Assembly (NCBI RefSeq): GCF_019426265.1
Contig: NZ_CP066836.1
Direction: 5' to 3' (one strand)
Source of the DNA: Escherichia coli
Lineage (GTDB): Bacteria; Pseudomonadota; Gammaproteobacteria; Enterobacterales; Enterobacteriaceae
DNA length: 32,000 nt
The notes below the pieces were generated by a model, which saw nothing but the letters and a program-made list of their open reading frames with translations, did not search any database and had not been told where the DNA came from. How positions within the stretch are numbered: the stretch's first letter is position 1; each line of letters opens with the position of its first letter. The position numbers and the translations under genes were made by a program. Positions 1-11,057 of the stretch are shown here, piece by piece.

Positions 1-525
1 ATGGGGTATGCCACCAGCCGCCAGACGGCGCTGTGCCTGGACGCCGGGCATTTCCACCCGACTGAAGTGATTTCCGACAAGATTTCCGCCGCCATGCTGT
101 ATGTACCGCAGTTGCTACTGCACGTCAGCCGTCCGGTTCGCTGGGACAGCGATCACGTAGTGCTGCTGGATGATGAAACCCAGGCGATTGCCAGTGAGAT
201 TGTTCGTCACGATCTGTTTGACCGGGTGCATATCGGCCTCGACTTCTTTGATGCCTCTATCAACCGTATTGCTGCGTGGGTCATTGGTACACGCAATATG
301 AAAAAAGCCCTGCTGCGTGCGTTGCTGGAACCTACCGCTGAGCTGCGCAAGCTGGAAGCGGCGGGCGATTACAGTGCGCGTCTGGCACTGCTGGAAGAGC
401 AGAAATCGTTGCCGTGGCAGGCGGTGTGGGAAATGTATTGTCAGCGTCACGATACCCCAGCAGGTAGCGAATGGCTGGAGAGCGTGCGGGCTTATGAAAA
501 AGAAATTTTGAGCCAGCGTGGGTAA
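1..525 (+). CDS. rhaA: L-rhamnose isomerase, C-terminal part (gene runs off the left edge)
   Basis: Open frame from window start to TAA at 523-525. The 174-aa protein matches the remembered C-terminus of E. coli RhaA, and rhaD/rhaM follow in the expected order. Confidence 0.93.
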   Translation: MGYATSRQTALCLDAGHFHPTEVISDKISAAMLYVPQLLLHVSRPVRWDSDHVVLLDDETQAIASEIVRHDLFDRVHIGLDFFDASINRIAAWVIGTRNMKKALLRALLEPTAELRKLEAAGDYSARLALLEEQKSLPWQAVWEMYCQRHDTPAGSEWLESVRAYEKEILSQRG

Positions 526-531
526 ACACTG

Positions 532-562
532 CCGGATGCGGCGCGAGCGCCTTATTCGGCCG
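532..562. repeat. REP-type palindromic unit between rhaA and rhaD
   Basis: GCCGGATGCGGCGCGAGCGCCTTATTCGGCC is the classic enterobacterial REP consensus with imperfect dyad symmetry, located in an intergenic gap. Confidence 0.85.
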
Positions 563-607
563 ACAGATCGTGCATCCGACAACACCGAATTTACAGGAAC
601 ACCGAAC

Positions 608-1432
608 ATGCAAAACATTACTCAGTCCTGGTTTGTCCAGGGAATGATTAAAGCCACCACCGACGCCTGGCTGAAAGGCTGGGACGAGCGCAACGGCGGC
701 AACCTGACGCTACGCCTGGATGACGCCGATATCGCGCCTTATCACGACAACTTTCATGCACAACCGCGCTATATCCCGCTCAGCCAGCCCATGCCTTTAC
801 TGGCAAATACACCGTTTATTGTCACCGGCTCCGGCAAATTCTTCCGCAACGTCCAGCTTGATCCTGCGGCTAACTTAGGCGTCGTAAAAGTCGACAGCGA
901 CGGCGCGGGCTACCACATTCTCTGGGGGCTAACTCACGAAGCCGTTCCAACCTCTGAACTTCCGGCGCACTTCCTCTCTCATTGCGAACGCATTAAAGCC
1001 ACCAACGGTAAAGATCGGGTGATCATGCACTGCCATGCCACCAACCTGATCGCCCTTACCTACGTACTGGAAAACGACACCGCGGTCTTCACTCGCCAAC
1101 TGTGGGAAGGCAGCACCGAATGTCTGGTAGTGTTCCCGGATGGCGTCGGCATTTTGCCGTGGATGGTGCCCGGCACGGACGAAATCGGCCAGGCGACCGC
1201 ACAGGAAATGCAAAAACATTCGCTGGTGTTGTGGCCCTTCCACGGCGTCTTCGGCAGCGGTCCGACACTGGATGAAACATTCGGTTTAATCGACACCGCA
1301 GAAAAATCAGCACAAGTATTAGTGAAGGTTTATTCGATGGGCGGCATGAAACAGACCATCAGTCGTGAAGAGTTGATAGCACTCGGCCAGCGTTTCGGCG
1401 TTACACCACTCGCCAGTGCGCTGGCGCTGTAA
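608..1432 (+). CDS. rhaD: Rhamnulose-1-phosphate aldolase (274 aa from ATG 608)
   Basis: [21 protein letters not shown]... matches RhaD. The ATG at 608 follows an 'aggaac' SD-like sequence. It sits between rhaA and rhaM. Confidence 0.96.
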   Translation: MQNITQSWFVQGMIKATTDAWLKGWDERNGGNLTLRLDDADIAPYHDNFHAQPRYIPLSQPMPLLANTPFIVTGSGKFFRNVQLDPAANLGVVKVDSDGAGYHILWGLTHEAVPTSELPAHFLSHCERIKATNGKDRVIMHCHATNLIALTYVLENDTAVFTRQLWEGSTECLVVFPDGVGILPWMVPGTDEIGQATAQEMQKHSLVLWPFHGVFGSGPTLDETFGLIDTAEKSAQVLVKVYSMGGMKQTISREELIALGQRFGVTPLASALAL

Positions 1433-1441
1433 GGAGCAAAC

Positions 1442-1756
1442 ATGATCCGCAAAGCCTTTGTCATGCAGGTTAACCCCGACGCCCACGAAGAGTATCAGCG
1501 TCGGCATAATCCAATCTGGCCGGAACTGGAAGCAGTGTTGAAATCTCACGGTGCGCATAACTACGCCATTTACCTCGACAAAGCGCGTAATCTGCTGTTT
1601 GCCACGGTAGAGATTGAATCTGAAGAACGGTGGAATGCGGTTGCCAGCACTGAAATCTGCCAACGTTGGTGGAAATATATGACCGACGTTATGCCAGCTA
1701 ACCCGGATAACAGCCCAGTCAGTAGCGAGCTGCAAGAAGTGTTTTACCTGCCCTAA
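1442..1756 (+). CDS. rhaM: L-rhamnose mutarotase (104 aa)
   Basis: [30 protein letters not shown]... matches RhaM, directly downstream of rhaD. Confidence 0.96.
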
Positions 1757-1796
1757 TGAGTTGCGGTGCCGGAAAATATCCAGCACCGCGCCTTCA

Positions 1797-3191
1797 TCAG
1801 AAGAAGTATTTAAAGCGAACGCGTGCGCCGTAACGGTCATCAGTATCATCACCGTGTTTTTTATCACCGTCGCTATCCAGAATGGAGTAATACGTCCCGA
1901 GGTAAATATTAAAGTTCTCCATATCCATCACATTAGCGAACTGATAAGACGCATGAATGGTGTGAATGGTGTACGTCCCTTCATCATCAATCCAGCAGTC
2001 GTTATCACAAACTACACCGCTGAATTCATCAATCTTATTGTGCGCGTAGATATAACCCAGCTCGAAACGTTTCCACAGCGCGTTAATCCCGGCAGTGAAA
2101 TCTTTCTCATTATTAGCATCTAAATAGGCGGTATTAAGATTAACCACGACGCCATTTTCCGGATCCGTTTTCAGGCCATTCCAGGTCATGCTCATACCAT
2201 AGCCGGTACGATCGGACTGATCGACAAAATTACCCTTGCTATCGGTATAACCATAAGCATTATTTACCACGTTCGCTTCCATCGCTGCGGAAACGGTAAA
2301 TTCTTCCGTCGGCGACCAGGCAATTACCGGACGCAGATAAGCAACATTTTTCTGCTGCTCCATATCGCGTCCATGATAATTACCGTCATTATATAAAGAT
2401 GTTCCGTCTTCAAGTAACGTGTTTAATTCAAAATACCAGTTATCAAGTTGTTTGCTGACGAGAAAATTACCGCCAGCGTTAGAGCGCCCGCGGCCCTCTT
2501 TCATCATATAGATATAACCGCTGCCATCGTCATAAAGATCGTTCGCAGTATTACCGGAATGTTCAACAAAGGTATCCTGATTCAGCGGGAACATATCGTA
2601 GGCTTCGAAACGGCCTACTTTGACCTTCCAGTCGTTTTCTTTGCCAAAGAAGAATACCGCATCATCGATATTTACTGAACCGTGCATGTCCCCCAGCGGT
2701 TGCGCGGAGAACCCGGCGAAATAACCATTATCCAGTTTTCGCATACCATCAAAACCTAACAGAATACGACCATTGAGATTCCACTGTTCATTAGTGGGAT
2801 CGCTATTCACATCAGCGTTGGTCATTGCCAGCAGGCCATGATTACTTTCTGCATCCATATTAAATTCTACGTCGCCGTAGATTTTTAAATCGCCATAACC
2901 TGAGAGCAAAAGATTAGGTGAGGTGGAATTTTTCTTTGCAGATTCCGCCGTTGCCTGTCCATTTACCGGCGTATTGCCCTGGGCAGCCTTAATTTCGCGG
3001 ATCTCAGCGGCTTGTTGTGTCTGCAGCTGTTTAACCTGGCTCTCTGCTTTTGCTGCCCGCATTTCTGCCGCTTCCAGGCGTTCTTCCAGCAATGCCATGC
3101 GTTGTTCCAGCGTTAAATGCTGTGTTTTTGCCATTCCGGTACTACATGCCAATAATAAACCGATGGCTAAAGATAATGTCGATTTTTTCAT
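1797..3191 (-). CDS. Carbohydrate-selective outer-membrane porin, RafY-like glycoporin (464 aa)
   Basis: Signal peptide MKKSTLSLAIGLLLACSTGMA, then an N-terminal heptad-rich segment (LEQRMALLEERLEAAEMRAAKAESQVKQL), alternating beta-strand pattern and terminal aromatic RFKYFF. Size and architecture fit the RafY/ScrY-type glycoporins. Not part of the K-12 gene order. Confidence 0.75.
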   Translation of the reverse strand: MKKSTLSLAIGLLLACSTGMAKTQHLTLEQRMALLEERLEAAEMRAAKAESQVKQLQTQQAAEIREIKAAQGNTPVNGQATAESAKKNSTSPNLLLSGYGDLKIYGDVEFNMDAESNHGLLAMTNADVNSDPTNEQWNLNGRILLGFDGMRKLDNGYFAGFSAQPLGDMHGSVNIDDAVFFFGKENDWKVKVGRFEAYDMFPLNQDTFVEHSGNTANDLYDDGSGYIYMMKEGRGRSNAGGNFLVSKQLDNWYFELNTLLEDGTSLYNDGNYHGRDMEQQKNVAYLRPVIAWSPTEEFTVSAAMEANVVNNAYGYTDSKGNFVDQSDRTGYGMSMTWNGLKTDPENGVVVNLNTAYLDANNEKDFTAGINALWKRFELGYIYAHNKIDEFSGVVCDNDCWIDDEGTYTIHTIHASYQFANVMDMENFNIYLGTYYSILDSDGDKKHGDDTDDRYGARVRFKYFF

Positions 3192-3301
3192 TATTTACGT
3201 TCCCTGAAATAAAAGAGACCCTACGCTTTCCAAAAGGAATACGTATATAGAGAAATATAAGGTGTGCACTTTCGAATTTTCAATCCAACTTCAGCAGGCC
3301 G

Positions 3302-3397
3302 ATGGATAGTATCCCGCTGCATAATATGAGTAAATCCGCTGATTTCCTGGAACGTGAGGAATATAACAATAGTGCCGTTTTTAACCAAATATCGTAA
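3302..3397 (+). pseudogene. Possible remnant of the C-terminus of the frvR gene (frv locus)
   Basis: In-frame MDSIPLHNMSKSADFLEREEYNNSAVFNQIS* has protein-like composition. In K-12 order and orientation the 3' end of frvR would lie here, facing yiiG. Identity inferred from synteny only. Confidence 0.3.
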
Positions 3398-3559
3398 AAA
3401 ATATTAGATATAATTCACGCTGACTCATAAGCCACAAATATAAATAACGCTTAAACAAATTATCTGAGAAATTTAAACATTCACAAAATCATTAAATAAT
3501 GATACTTTATTCACAAAATTTATCCTTCACTCTGCTTTATATTGTCACGACTTCGTGAC

Positions 3560-4270
3560 ATATCCGCGCTCATCACAAACCCGCCCCGCGATTACAATTG
3601 ACTGAAATATTTCATCGACCATTTCGTTGTACTCGCATAATGTTCTCGGGAAATGAGTCTTCGGCCATCCAGCTTGAGTTTGCGTCCTGAAGTTGCTCTT
3701 TATCCCAGTCAGAGTACAGGACTTTATCTCTGATGCGGCGAACATATTTTTTAGCCTCGAGTTGATACTGGTCTGCCGAATTAATGAACGAGAAATTCAT
3801 ACCGCCTTTATCCGCTTCTTTGGCCTGCGCCACCAGCGTTTCCAGTTCAGAGACTTTCTTCATTGCCGCATCAACATCAAACTTCTCTTGCGAAATCAGG
3901 TTATTAATTTGTTTCGCTGAAATCATGACTGCCAGAGAGTAGTAGTGGAATGTTTTCCCTTCTCTTTGTTCAATATTTTTCAGTTCCGCAAGCTGGCGCT
4001 TATCGTTAATTTCCTGAATCGCCGCATGATAAGATTCTGCTACAGGTTCAAAGGCTTCAAGATTTTTTAAGAATGTCTGGTGCAGCGTTTTCCCTTTCGC
4101 AAACGCATCGTCTTTATAATTTTCCTGGGTGTAATATTTATCCATTTCGTTAATGGTATTACCCAACGCCACGGCAGCATCAATATAACTTACCGCCACG
4201 CCATCAATAGGTTGCAGCGCAGGCGTTAACGCCACTACACGCATTTTGTTTATAAATAAAATAATAAAAT
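3560..4270 (-). pseudogene. yiiG: yiiG (DUF3829 lipoprotein) remnant: N-terminal third missing, frameshift near the C-terminus
   Basis: VALTPALQPIDGVAVSYIDAAVALGNTINEMDKYY...NSSWMAEDSFP matches internal YiiG. The lipoprotein signal and N-terminal region are absent. The frame continues as FPRTLCEYNEMVDE in the ORF 3545..3745, so a 1-nt frameshift lies at about 3648-3655. Confidence 0.8.
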
Positions 4271-4280
4271 TCACGAAATG

Positions 4281-4319
4281 AATAAGTCCTGCAATTTAAT
4301 ATATATCGCAGGACTTATT
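4281..4319 (-). terminator. Probable transcription terminator downstream of fdhD
   Basis: Perfect 12-bp inverted repeat AATAAGTCCTGC (4281-4292) / GCAGGACTTATT (4308-4319) immediately after the fdhD stop codon. The following sequence on the minus strand is only moderately T-rich. Confidence 0.6.
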
Positions 4320-4323
4320 TTAA

Positions 4324-5157
4324 TTAATTGCTCAAACGCTGCGGATGGGTATAAACCGTTGCCCGACCCGGTTTACAAAAGCCCACCAGCGTCAAATTAC
4401 AGCGTTCAGCCACTTCTACAGCAAGTGTGGTCGCGGCAGACACCGCAAACAAAATCTCTACGCCACACATCGCCGACTTTTGCACCATTTCATAACTGGC
4501 ACGACTGGAAACCAGCACCGCACCTTGCTGCCAGCTTTCCCCTTCTTGTGACCGGCGGCCTAACAGTTTGTCCAGCGCCACATGGCGACCCACGTCTTCA
4601 TGCCCGCCGACCAGTTCGCCAGATGGCAACATCCAGGCAGCGGCGTGTGTACAACCAGTCAGTTGCCCCACTGGCTGGAAATCATTGAGATGACGTAATG
4701 CATCATCCAGTTTGTTGAGATCAAACGTCTGGGTGAACGGCAGCGGCTGCACCGGTTTACCGATATCGTTAAGCTGTTCTACACCGCATACGCCACAGCC
4801 CGTACGTCCCGCCAGCGCCCGGCGGCGCTCCTTCAACCCCATAAAGCGGCGGCTGGAAAGCTCAATTTGCACTTCCAGACCATTACAGGAAGGAACGACA
4901 TCCATACCGAAGATATCGCGCGGACTTTCGATAATCCCCTCGGAAAGCGAAAAACCGAGCGCAAAGTACTCAAGGTCTTTGGGCGACGCCATCATCACCA
5001 CATGCGAAATGCCGTTGTAGACCAGCGCAACGGGAACTTCTTCCGCGACCTCATCTAACCGTGGGTGTTGTAAATCATCACGCCGCCATAACTCAATTTG
5101 ACGAACACCTGTGATATTTGTCACATTTTCGATTTCTTTTTGCTGTGTTTTTTTCAC
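4324..5157 (-). CDS. fdhD: Formate dehydrogenase accessory sulfurtransferase (277 aa)
   Basis: Protein matches FdhD ([11 protein letters not shown] motif). Divergent from fdoG as in E. coli. Confidence 0.97.
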
Positions 5158-5350
5158 TTTCTCTTAACCAGATAAGAACACACACACCAACATTATGGTA
5201 TTCTGTTACAAACCCTTCCTGGATGGAGGGAAATTGAGCCAATTCTGGACCTTTGCGGCCCCTTCCGCAAAGAAAAATAACTCCCACTCCCTGCACACGC
5301 AGCAAGCGAATGTAAATGGGACGTGACAATGTCGAAACAAGGAGCAATCC

Positions 5351-8300
5351 ATGCAGGTCAGCAGAAGGCAGTTCTTTAAGATCTGCGCTGGCGGTATGGC
5401 AGGCACCACGGCAGCGGCACTGGGTTTTGCACCCAGCGTAGCACTCGCGGAAACCCGGCAGTATAAACTGCTGCGCACCCGCGAAACCCGTAATACCTGC
5501 ACCTATTGTTCCGTAGGCTGTGGGCTGTTGATGTACAGCCTCGGTGACGGAGCAAAAAACGCCAAAGCATCTATCTTCCATATCGAAGGCGATCCGGATC
5601 ACCCGGTCAACCGCGGTGCACTTTGTCCGAAAGGCGCTGGCCTGGTGGATTTCATCCACTCCGAAAGCCGTCTGAAGTTTCCGGAATACCGTGCGCCAGG
5701 TTCTGATAAATGGCAGCAAATCAGTTGGGAAGAGGCGTTTGATCGCATCGCCAAACTGATGAAAGAAGACCGCGATGCTAACTACATTGCGCAAAACGCC
5801 GAAGGCGTGACTGTTAACCGCTGGCTCTCCACCGGGATGCTGTGTGCTTCCGCGTCGAGTAACGAAACCGGCTATTTAACGCAAAAATTCTCCCGCGCGC
5901 TGGGGATGCTCGCGGTCGACAACCAGGCGCGTGTCTGACACGGACCAACGGTAGCAAGTCTTGCTCCAACATTTGGTCGCGGTGCGATGACCAACCACTG
6001 GGTCGACATCAAGAACGCCAACCTCGTCGTGGTGATGGGCGGTAATGCCGCTGAAGCTCACCCGGTCGGGTTCCGCTGGGCGATGGAAGCCAAAATTCAC
6101 AACGGCGCGAAGCTGATTGTGATCGATCCTCGCTTTACGCGTACGGCGGCGGTGGCTGACTACTATGCCCCTATTCGTTCCGGGACTGACATTGCTTTCC
6201 TGTCAGGCGTATTGCTGTACCTGCTGAACAATGAAAAATTCAACCGCGAATACACCGAAGCCTATACCAACGCCAGCCTGATCGTGCGTGAGGATTACGG
6301 CTTTGAAGATGGCCTGTTCACCGGCTACGACGCGGAAAAACGCAAGTACGATAAATCCTCCTGGACTTACGAACTGGACGAAAACGGCTTCGCCAAACGC
6401 GATACCACGCTGCAACATCCGCGTTGCGTGTGGAACTTGCTGAAACAGCACGTTTCCCGTTATACGCCAGATGTGGTTGAAAACATCTGCGGTACGCCAA
6501 AAGACGCGTTCCTGAAAGTCTGCGAATACATCGCCGAAACCAGTGCTCACGATAAAACAGCGTCGTTCCTCTATGCCCTCGGCTGGACGCAACACTCCAT
6601 TGGTGCGCAAAACATTCGTACGATGGCGATGATCCAGCTGCTGCTCGGCAATATGGGGATGGCTGGCGGCGGCGTTAACGCCCTGCGCGGTCACTCCAAT
6701 ATTCAGGGGCTGACCGACCTGGGGCTGCTGTCGCAGAGCCTGCCAGGTTACATGACGCTGCCAAGCGAGAAGCAGACCGATCTGCAAACCTACCTTGCCG
6801 CCAACACGCCGAAACCGCTGCTGGAAGGCCAGGTTAACTACTGGGGCAATTACCCGAAATTCTTCGTCTCCATGATGAAGGCCTTCTTTGGTGATAAAGC
6901 GACGGCAGAAAACAGCTGGGGCTTTGACTGGTTGCCGAAGTGGGATAAAGGCTACGACGTCCTGCAATACTTCGAGATGATGAAAGAGGGCAAAGTCAAT
7001 GGCTATATCTGCCAGGGCTTTAACCCGGTTGCCTCATTCCCGAACAAAAACAAAGTGATCGGCTGTCTGTCGAAACTGAAGTTCCTCGTGACCATCGACC
7101 CGCTGAACACTGAAACCTCTAACTTCTGGCAGAACCACGGTGAACTGAACGAAGTTGACTCGTCGAAGATCCAGACCGAAGTGTTCCGTCTGCCATCGAC
7201 CTGCTTCGCGGAAGAGAACGGTTCAATCGTCAACTCTGGTCGCTGGTTGCAGTGGCACTGGAAAGGTGCGGACGCCCCGGGGATTGCGCTGACTGACGGC
7301 GAGATCCTCTCCGGTATCTTCCTGCGCTTGCGCAAGATGTATGCCGAACAGGGTGGCGCGAACCCGGACCAGGTGCTGAACATGACCTGGAACTACGCCA
7401 TTCCGCATGAGCCATCTTCAGAAGAAGTGGCGATGGAGAGTAACGGTAAGGCGCTGGCCGATATTACCGATCCGGCAACCGGTGCGGTTATCGTCAAGAA
7501 AGGCCAACAACTTAGCTCGTTCGCCCAACTGCGCGATGACGGTACAACCTCCTGTGGCTGCTGGATTTTCGCCGGTAGCTGGACGCCAGAGGGCAACCAG
7601 ATGGCACGCCGTGATAACGCCGATCCGTCTGGCCTCGGTAACACGCTGGGCTGGGCATGGGCATGGCCGCTTAACCGCCGTATTCTGTATAACCGCGCCT
7701 CCGCAGATCCGCAGGGTAACCCGTGGGATCCGAAGCGTCAGTTGCTGAAATGGGACGGCACCAAGTGGACCGGCTGGGATATTCCGGACTACAGCGCAGC
7801 GCCTCCGGGCAGTGGCGTCGGGCCGTTTATCATGCAGCAGGAAGGCATGGGGCGTCTGTTTGCCCTCGATAAGATGGCGGAAGGTCCGTTCCCGGAACAC
7901 TACGAGCCGTTTGAAACGCCGCTGGGGACTAACCCGCTGCATCCAAACGTTATCTCGAACCCGGCTGCACGTATCTTTAAAGACGACGCCGAAGCATTGG
8001 GTAAAGCCGATAAGTTCCCGTATGTCGGAACCACCTATCGTCTGACCGAGCACTTCCACTACTGGACCAAACACGCGCTGTTGAACGCGATTTTGCAACC
8101 AGAGCAGTTTGTGGAAATCGGTGAGTCGCTGGCGAATAAACTTGGCATTGCCCAGGGCGATACCGTGAAAGTCTCCTCCAACCGTGGCTATATCAAAGCC
8201 AAAGCGGTGGTGACCAAACGTATTCGCACGCTGAAAGCGAACGGCAAAGATATCGATACCATCGGTATTCCGATTCACTGGGGCTATGAAGGTGTTGCGA

Positions 8301-8401
8301 AAAAAGGCTTTATTGCCAATACGTTAACACCATTCGTTGGTGATGCGAACACGCAGACGCCAGAGTTTAAGTCCTTCCTTGTGAATGTGGAAAAGGTGTA
8401 A
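5351..8401 (+). CDS. fdoG: Formate dehydrogenase-O major (selenocysteine) subunit, 1016 aa with TGA(Sec) at 5936-5938
   Basis: ORFs 5351..5938 and 5987..8401 are in the same frame, separated by one TGA. Protein matches FdoG: Tat signal QVSRRQFFKICAG, CTYCSVGC cluster motif, ...NQARV-U-HGPTVASLAPTFGRGAMTNHWVDIKNAN. The TGA is followed by a bSECIS-type hairpin. Confidence 0.97.
5936..5980 (+). promoter_or_regulatory. Bacterial SECIS element for selenocysteine insertion in fdoG
   Basis: TGA followed by outer stem GACCAA (5943-5948)/TTGGTC (5973-5978) and apical hairpin GGTAGCAA-GTC-TTGCTCC (5950-5967) with a bulged U, as in known formate dehydrogenase SECIS hairpins. Confidence 0.92.
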
Positions 8402-8413
8402 CGGAGACGACAT

Positions 8414-9316
8414 ATGGCTTATCAATCTCAAGATATCATTCGTCGTTCCGCGACTAACGGTCTGACCCCCGCGCCTCAGGCGCGGGACTTCCAGGAAGAA
8501 GTGGCGAAACTCATCGACGTCACCACCTGTATCGGCTGTAAAGCCTGTCAGGTGGCGTGTTCAGAGTGGAACGACATTCGCGATACCGTCGGCAATAACA
8601 TTGGGGTGTACGACAACCCCAATGATTTAAGTGCCAAATCGTGGACGGTGATGCGCTTCTCGGAAGTGGAACAGAACGACAAACTGGAATGGCTGATCCG
8701 CAAAGACGGCTGTATGCACTGTTCCGATCCAGGCTGCCTGAAAGCGTGCCCGGCGGAAGGAGCAATTATTCAGTATGCCAACGGTATCGTCGACTTCCAG
8801 TCCGAGCAGTGCATCGGCTGCGGTTATTGCATTGCGGGCTGTCCGTTCGACATTCCGCGCCTCAACCCGGAAGACAACCGCGTCTACAAATGTACGCTGT
8901 GCGTTGACCGCGTGGTGGTTGGGCAAGAACCGGCCTGCGTGAAGACCTGCCCAACGGGCGCGATTCACTTCGGTACGAAAGAGTCGATGAAAACGCTGGC
9001 GAGCGAGCGCGTGGCGGAGCTGAAAACTCGCGGTTACGACAATGCGGGTCTGTACGATCCGGCAGGCGTTGGTGGTACACACGTTATGTACGTGCTGCAC
9101 CATGCTGACAAGCCAAATCTGTATCATGGCTTGCCGGAGAACCCGGAAATCAGCGAAACCGTGAAATTCTGGAAAGGCATCTGGAAACCGCTCGCAGCTG
9201 TTGGCTTTGCGGCTACCTTCGCAGCCAGTATCTTCCACTACGTGGGTGTCGGTCCGAACCGTGCGGATGAGGAAGAGAATAATCTGCACGAAGAGAAAGA
9301 CGAGGAGCGCAAATGA
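8414..9316 (+). CDS. fdoH: Formate dehydrogenase-O iron-sulfur (beta) subunit (300 aa)
   Basis: Matches FdoH with four ferredoxin-like Cys clusters ([44 protein letters not shown]). Confidence 0.97.
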
Positions 9317-9948
9317 AACGACGTGACACCATCGTGCGCTACACCGCGCCGGAACGTATCAACCACTGGATCACCGCCTTCTGCTTCATCCTGGCGGCGG
9401 TGAGCGGGCTGGGCTTTTTGTTCCCGTCCTTCAACTGGTTGATGCAAATCATGGGCACACCGCAGCTGGCGCGAATTCTGCACCCGTTTGTCGGCGTGGT
9501 TATGTTTGCCTCGTTCATCATCATGTTTTTCCGTTACTGGCATCACAACCTAATCAATCGGGATGATATCTTTTGGGCGAAGAATATTCGTAAGATCGTC
9601 GTCAACGAGGAAGTAGGTGACACCGGGCGTTATAACTTCGGTCAGAAATGCGTTTTCTGGGCGGCGATTATTTTCCTGGTTCTGCTGCTGGTGAGCGGCG
9701 TGATTATCTGGCGTCCTTATTTTGCGCCTGCTTTCTCAATCCCGGTGATCCGATTCGCGTTAATGCTGCATTCATTTGCCGCAGTGGCGTTAATTGTGGT
9801 TATCATGGTGCATATCTACGCCGCCCTTTGGGTGAAAGGCACGATTACCGCCATGGTGGAAGGATGGGTTACCAGCGCCTGGGCGAAGAAACATCACCCG
9901 CGCTGGTACCGTGAGGTCCGCAAGACAACGGAAAAGAAAGCTGAATGA
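9313..9948 (+). CDS. fdoI: Formate dehydrogenase-O cytochrome b556 (gamma) subunit (211 aa)
   Basis: Matches FdoI. ATG overlaps the fdoH stop. Four hydrophobic helices. Confidence 0.97.
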
Positions 9949-10874
9949 GTATTCGCATAATCCCGCAAGATGAGCTGGGTTCGAGCGAGAAACGTACGGC
10001 GGATATGATTCCGCCGTTATTGTTCCCTCGGCTCAAGAATTTATACAACCGCCGCGCCGAGCGTCTGCGCGAGCTGGCAGAAAATAATCCGCTGGGTGAT
10101 TACCTGCGCTTTGCTGCGCTTATCGCCCACGCCCAGGAAGTGGTGCTGTACGACCATCCGCTGGAGATGGATCTGACCACGCGCATTAAAGAAGCCAGCG
10201 CACAAGGCAAGCCCCCGCTGGATATTCACGTTCTGCCGCGTGATAAGCACTGGCAAAAGCTGCTGATGGCGCTGATTGCTGAGCTGAAACCTGAAATGAG
10301 CGGCCCGGCGCTGGCAGTGATTGAGAATCTGGAGAAGGCATCGACTCAGGAGCTGGAAGATATGGCCAGCGCACTGTTTGCCTCTGATTTCTCGTCCGTC
10401 AGCAGCGATAAAGCGCCGTTTATCTGGGCTGCACTGTCGCTCTACTGGGCGCAGATGGCTAATCTGATCCCCGGCAAAGCCCGCGCTGAATATGGCGAAC
10501 AACGTCAATATTGCCCGGTTTGTGGCTCTATGCCGGTGTCCAGCATGGTGCAAATTGGCACCACTCAGGGTCTGCGTTACCTGCACTGCAACCTGTGCGA
10601 AACCGAATGGCACGTGGTGCGCGTAAAATGCAGCAACTGTGAACAGAGCGGCAAACTGCATTACTGGTCGCTGGATGACGAACAGGCCGCGATTAAAGCC
10701 GAAAGCTGCGATGACTGTGGCACTTACCTGAAGATTCTTTATCAGGAAAAAGAACCGAAAGTTGAAGCCGTGGCAGATGACCTCGCCTCTCTGGTACTGG
10801 ACGCGCGAATGGAGCAAGAAGGCTACGCCCGCAGTTCCATCAACCCGTTCCTGTTCCCGGGTGAAGGGGAGTAA
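9945..10874 (+). CDS. fdhE: Formate dehydrogenase formation protein (309 aa)
   Basis: Matches FdhE ([32 protein letters not shown] zinc-ribbon-like motifs). Overlaps the fdoI stop. Confidence 0.97.
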   Translation: MSIRIIPQDELGSSEKRTADMIPPLLFPRLKNLYNRRAERLRELAENNPLGDYLRFAALIAHAQEVVLYDHPLEMDLTTRIKEASAQGKPPLDIHVLPRDKHWQKLLMALIAELKPEMSGPALAVIENLEKASTQELEDMASALFASDFSSVSSDKAPFIWAALSLYWAQMANLIPGKARAEYGEQRQYCPVCGSMPVSSMVQIGTTQGLRYLHCNLCETEWHVVRVKCSNCEQSGKLHYWSLDDEQAAIKAESCDDCGTYLKILYQEKEPKVEAVADDLASLVLDARMEQEGYARSSINPFLFPGEGE

Positions 10875-10967
10875 TCTCTGACGTTTTCCGGGTGGCGCTG
10901 GTCGCCCGGATTACAGCTCATAGGGTGTGACGACACTATCTCTCGTATTCCGCGTTACAACCTCAAG

Positions 10968-11057
10968 CTATGCCGCCAGTGCCTGTTTTGCCTCAATTTT
11001 CACACTGAGAAAATCGATAAGGATATCGATATCAAATAGCCAAATCTTTTTGCCATT
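10968..11057 (-). pseudogene. Truncated PIN-domain (VapC-like) toxin remnant downstream of yiiF
   Basis: Minus-strand frame [30 protein letters not shown] contains the N-terminal PIN signature (FDxDILIDFL) and stops after about 29 residues. It directly follows the RHH gene, as a toxin partner would. Confidence 0.55.

Noticed and set aside
1319-1867. 182-aa minus-strand ORF overlapping rhaD/rhaM
   Set aside because: Antisense to two well-supported genes; shadow ORF.
5936-5938. Premature stop making fdoG a pseudogene
   Set aside because: The TGA sits at the selenocysteine position and is followed by a SECIS hairpin; the rest of the frame is intact.
7418-8278. 286-aa minus-strand ORF antisense to fdoG (and similar 6203..6967, 8627..9289, 10041..10817)
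   Set aside because: They mirror highly biased coding genes in GC-rich DNA, have no domain-like composition or plausible start signals, and overlap well-established genes completely.
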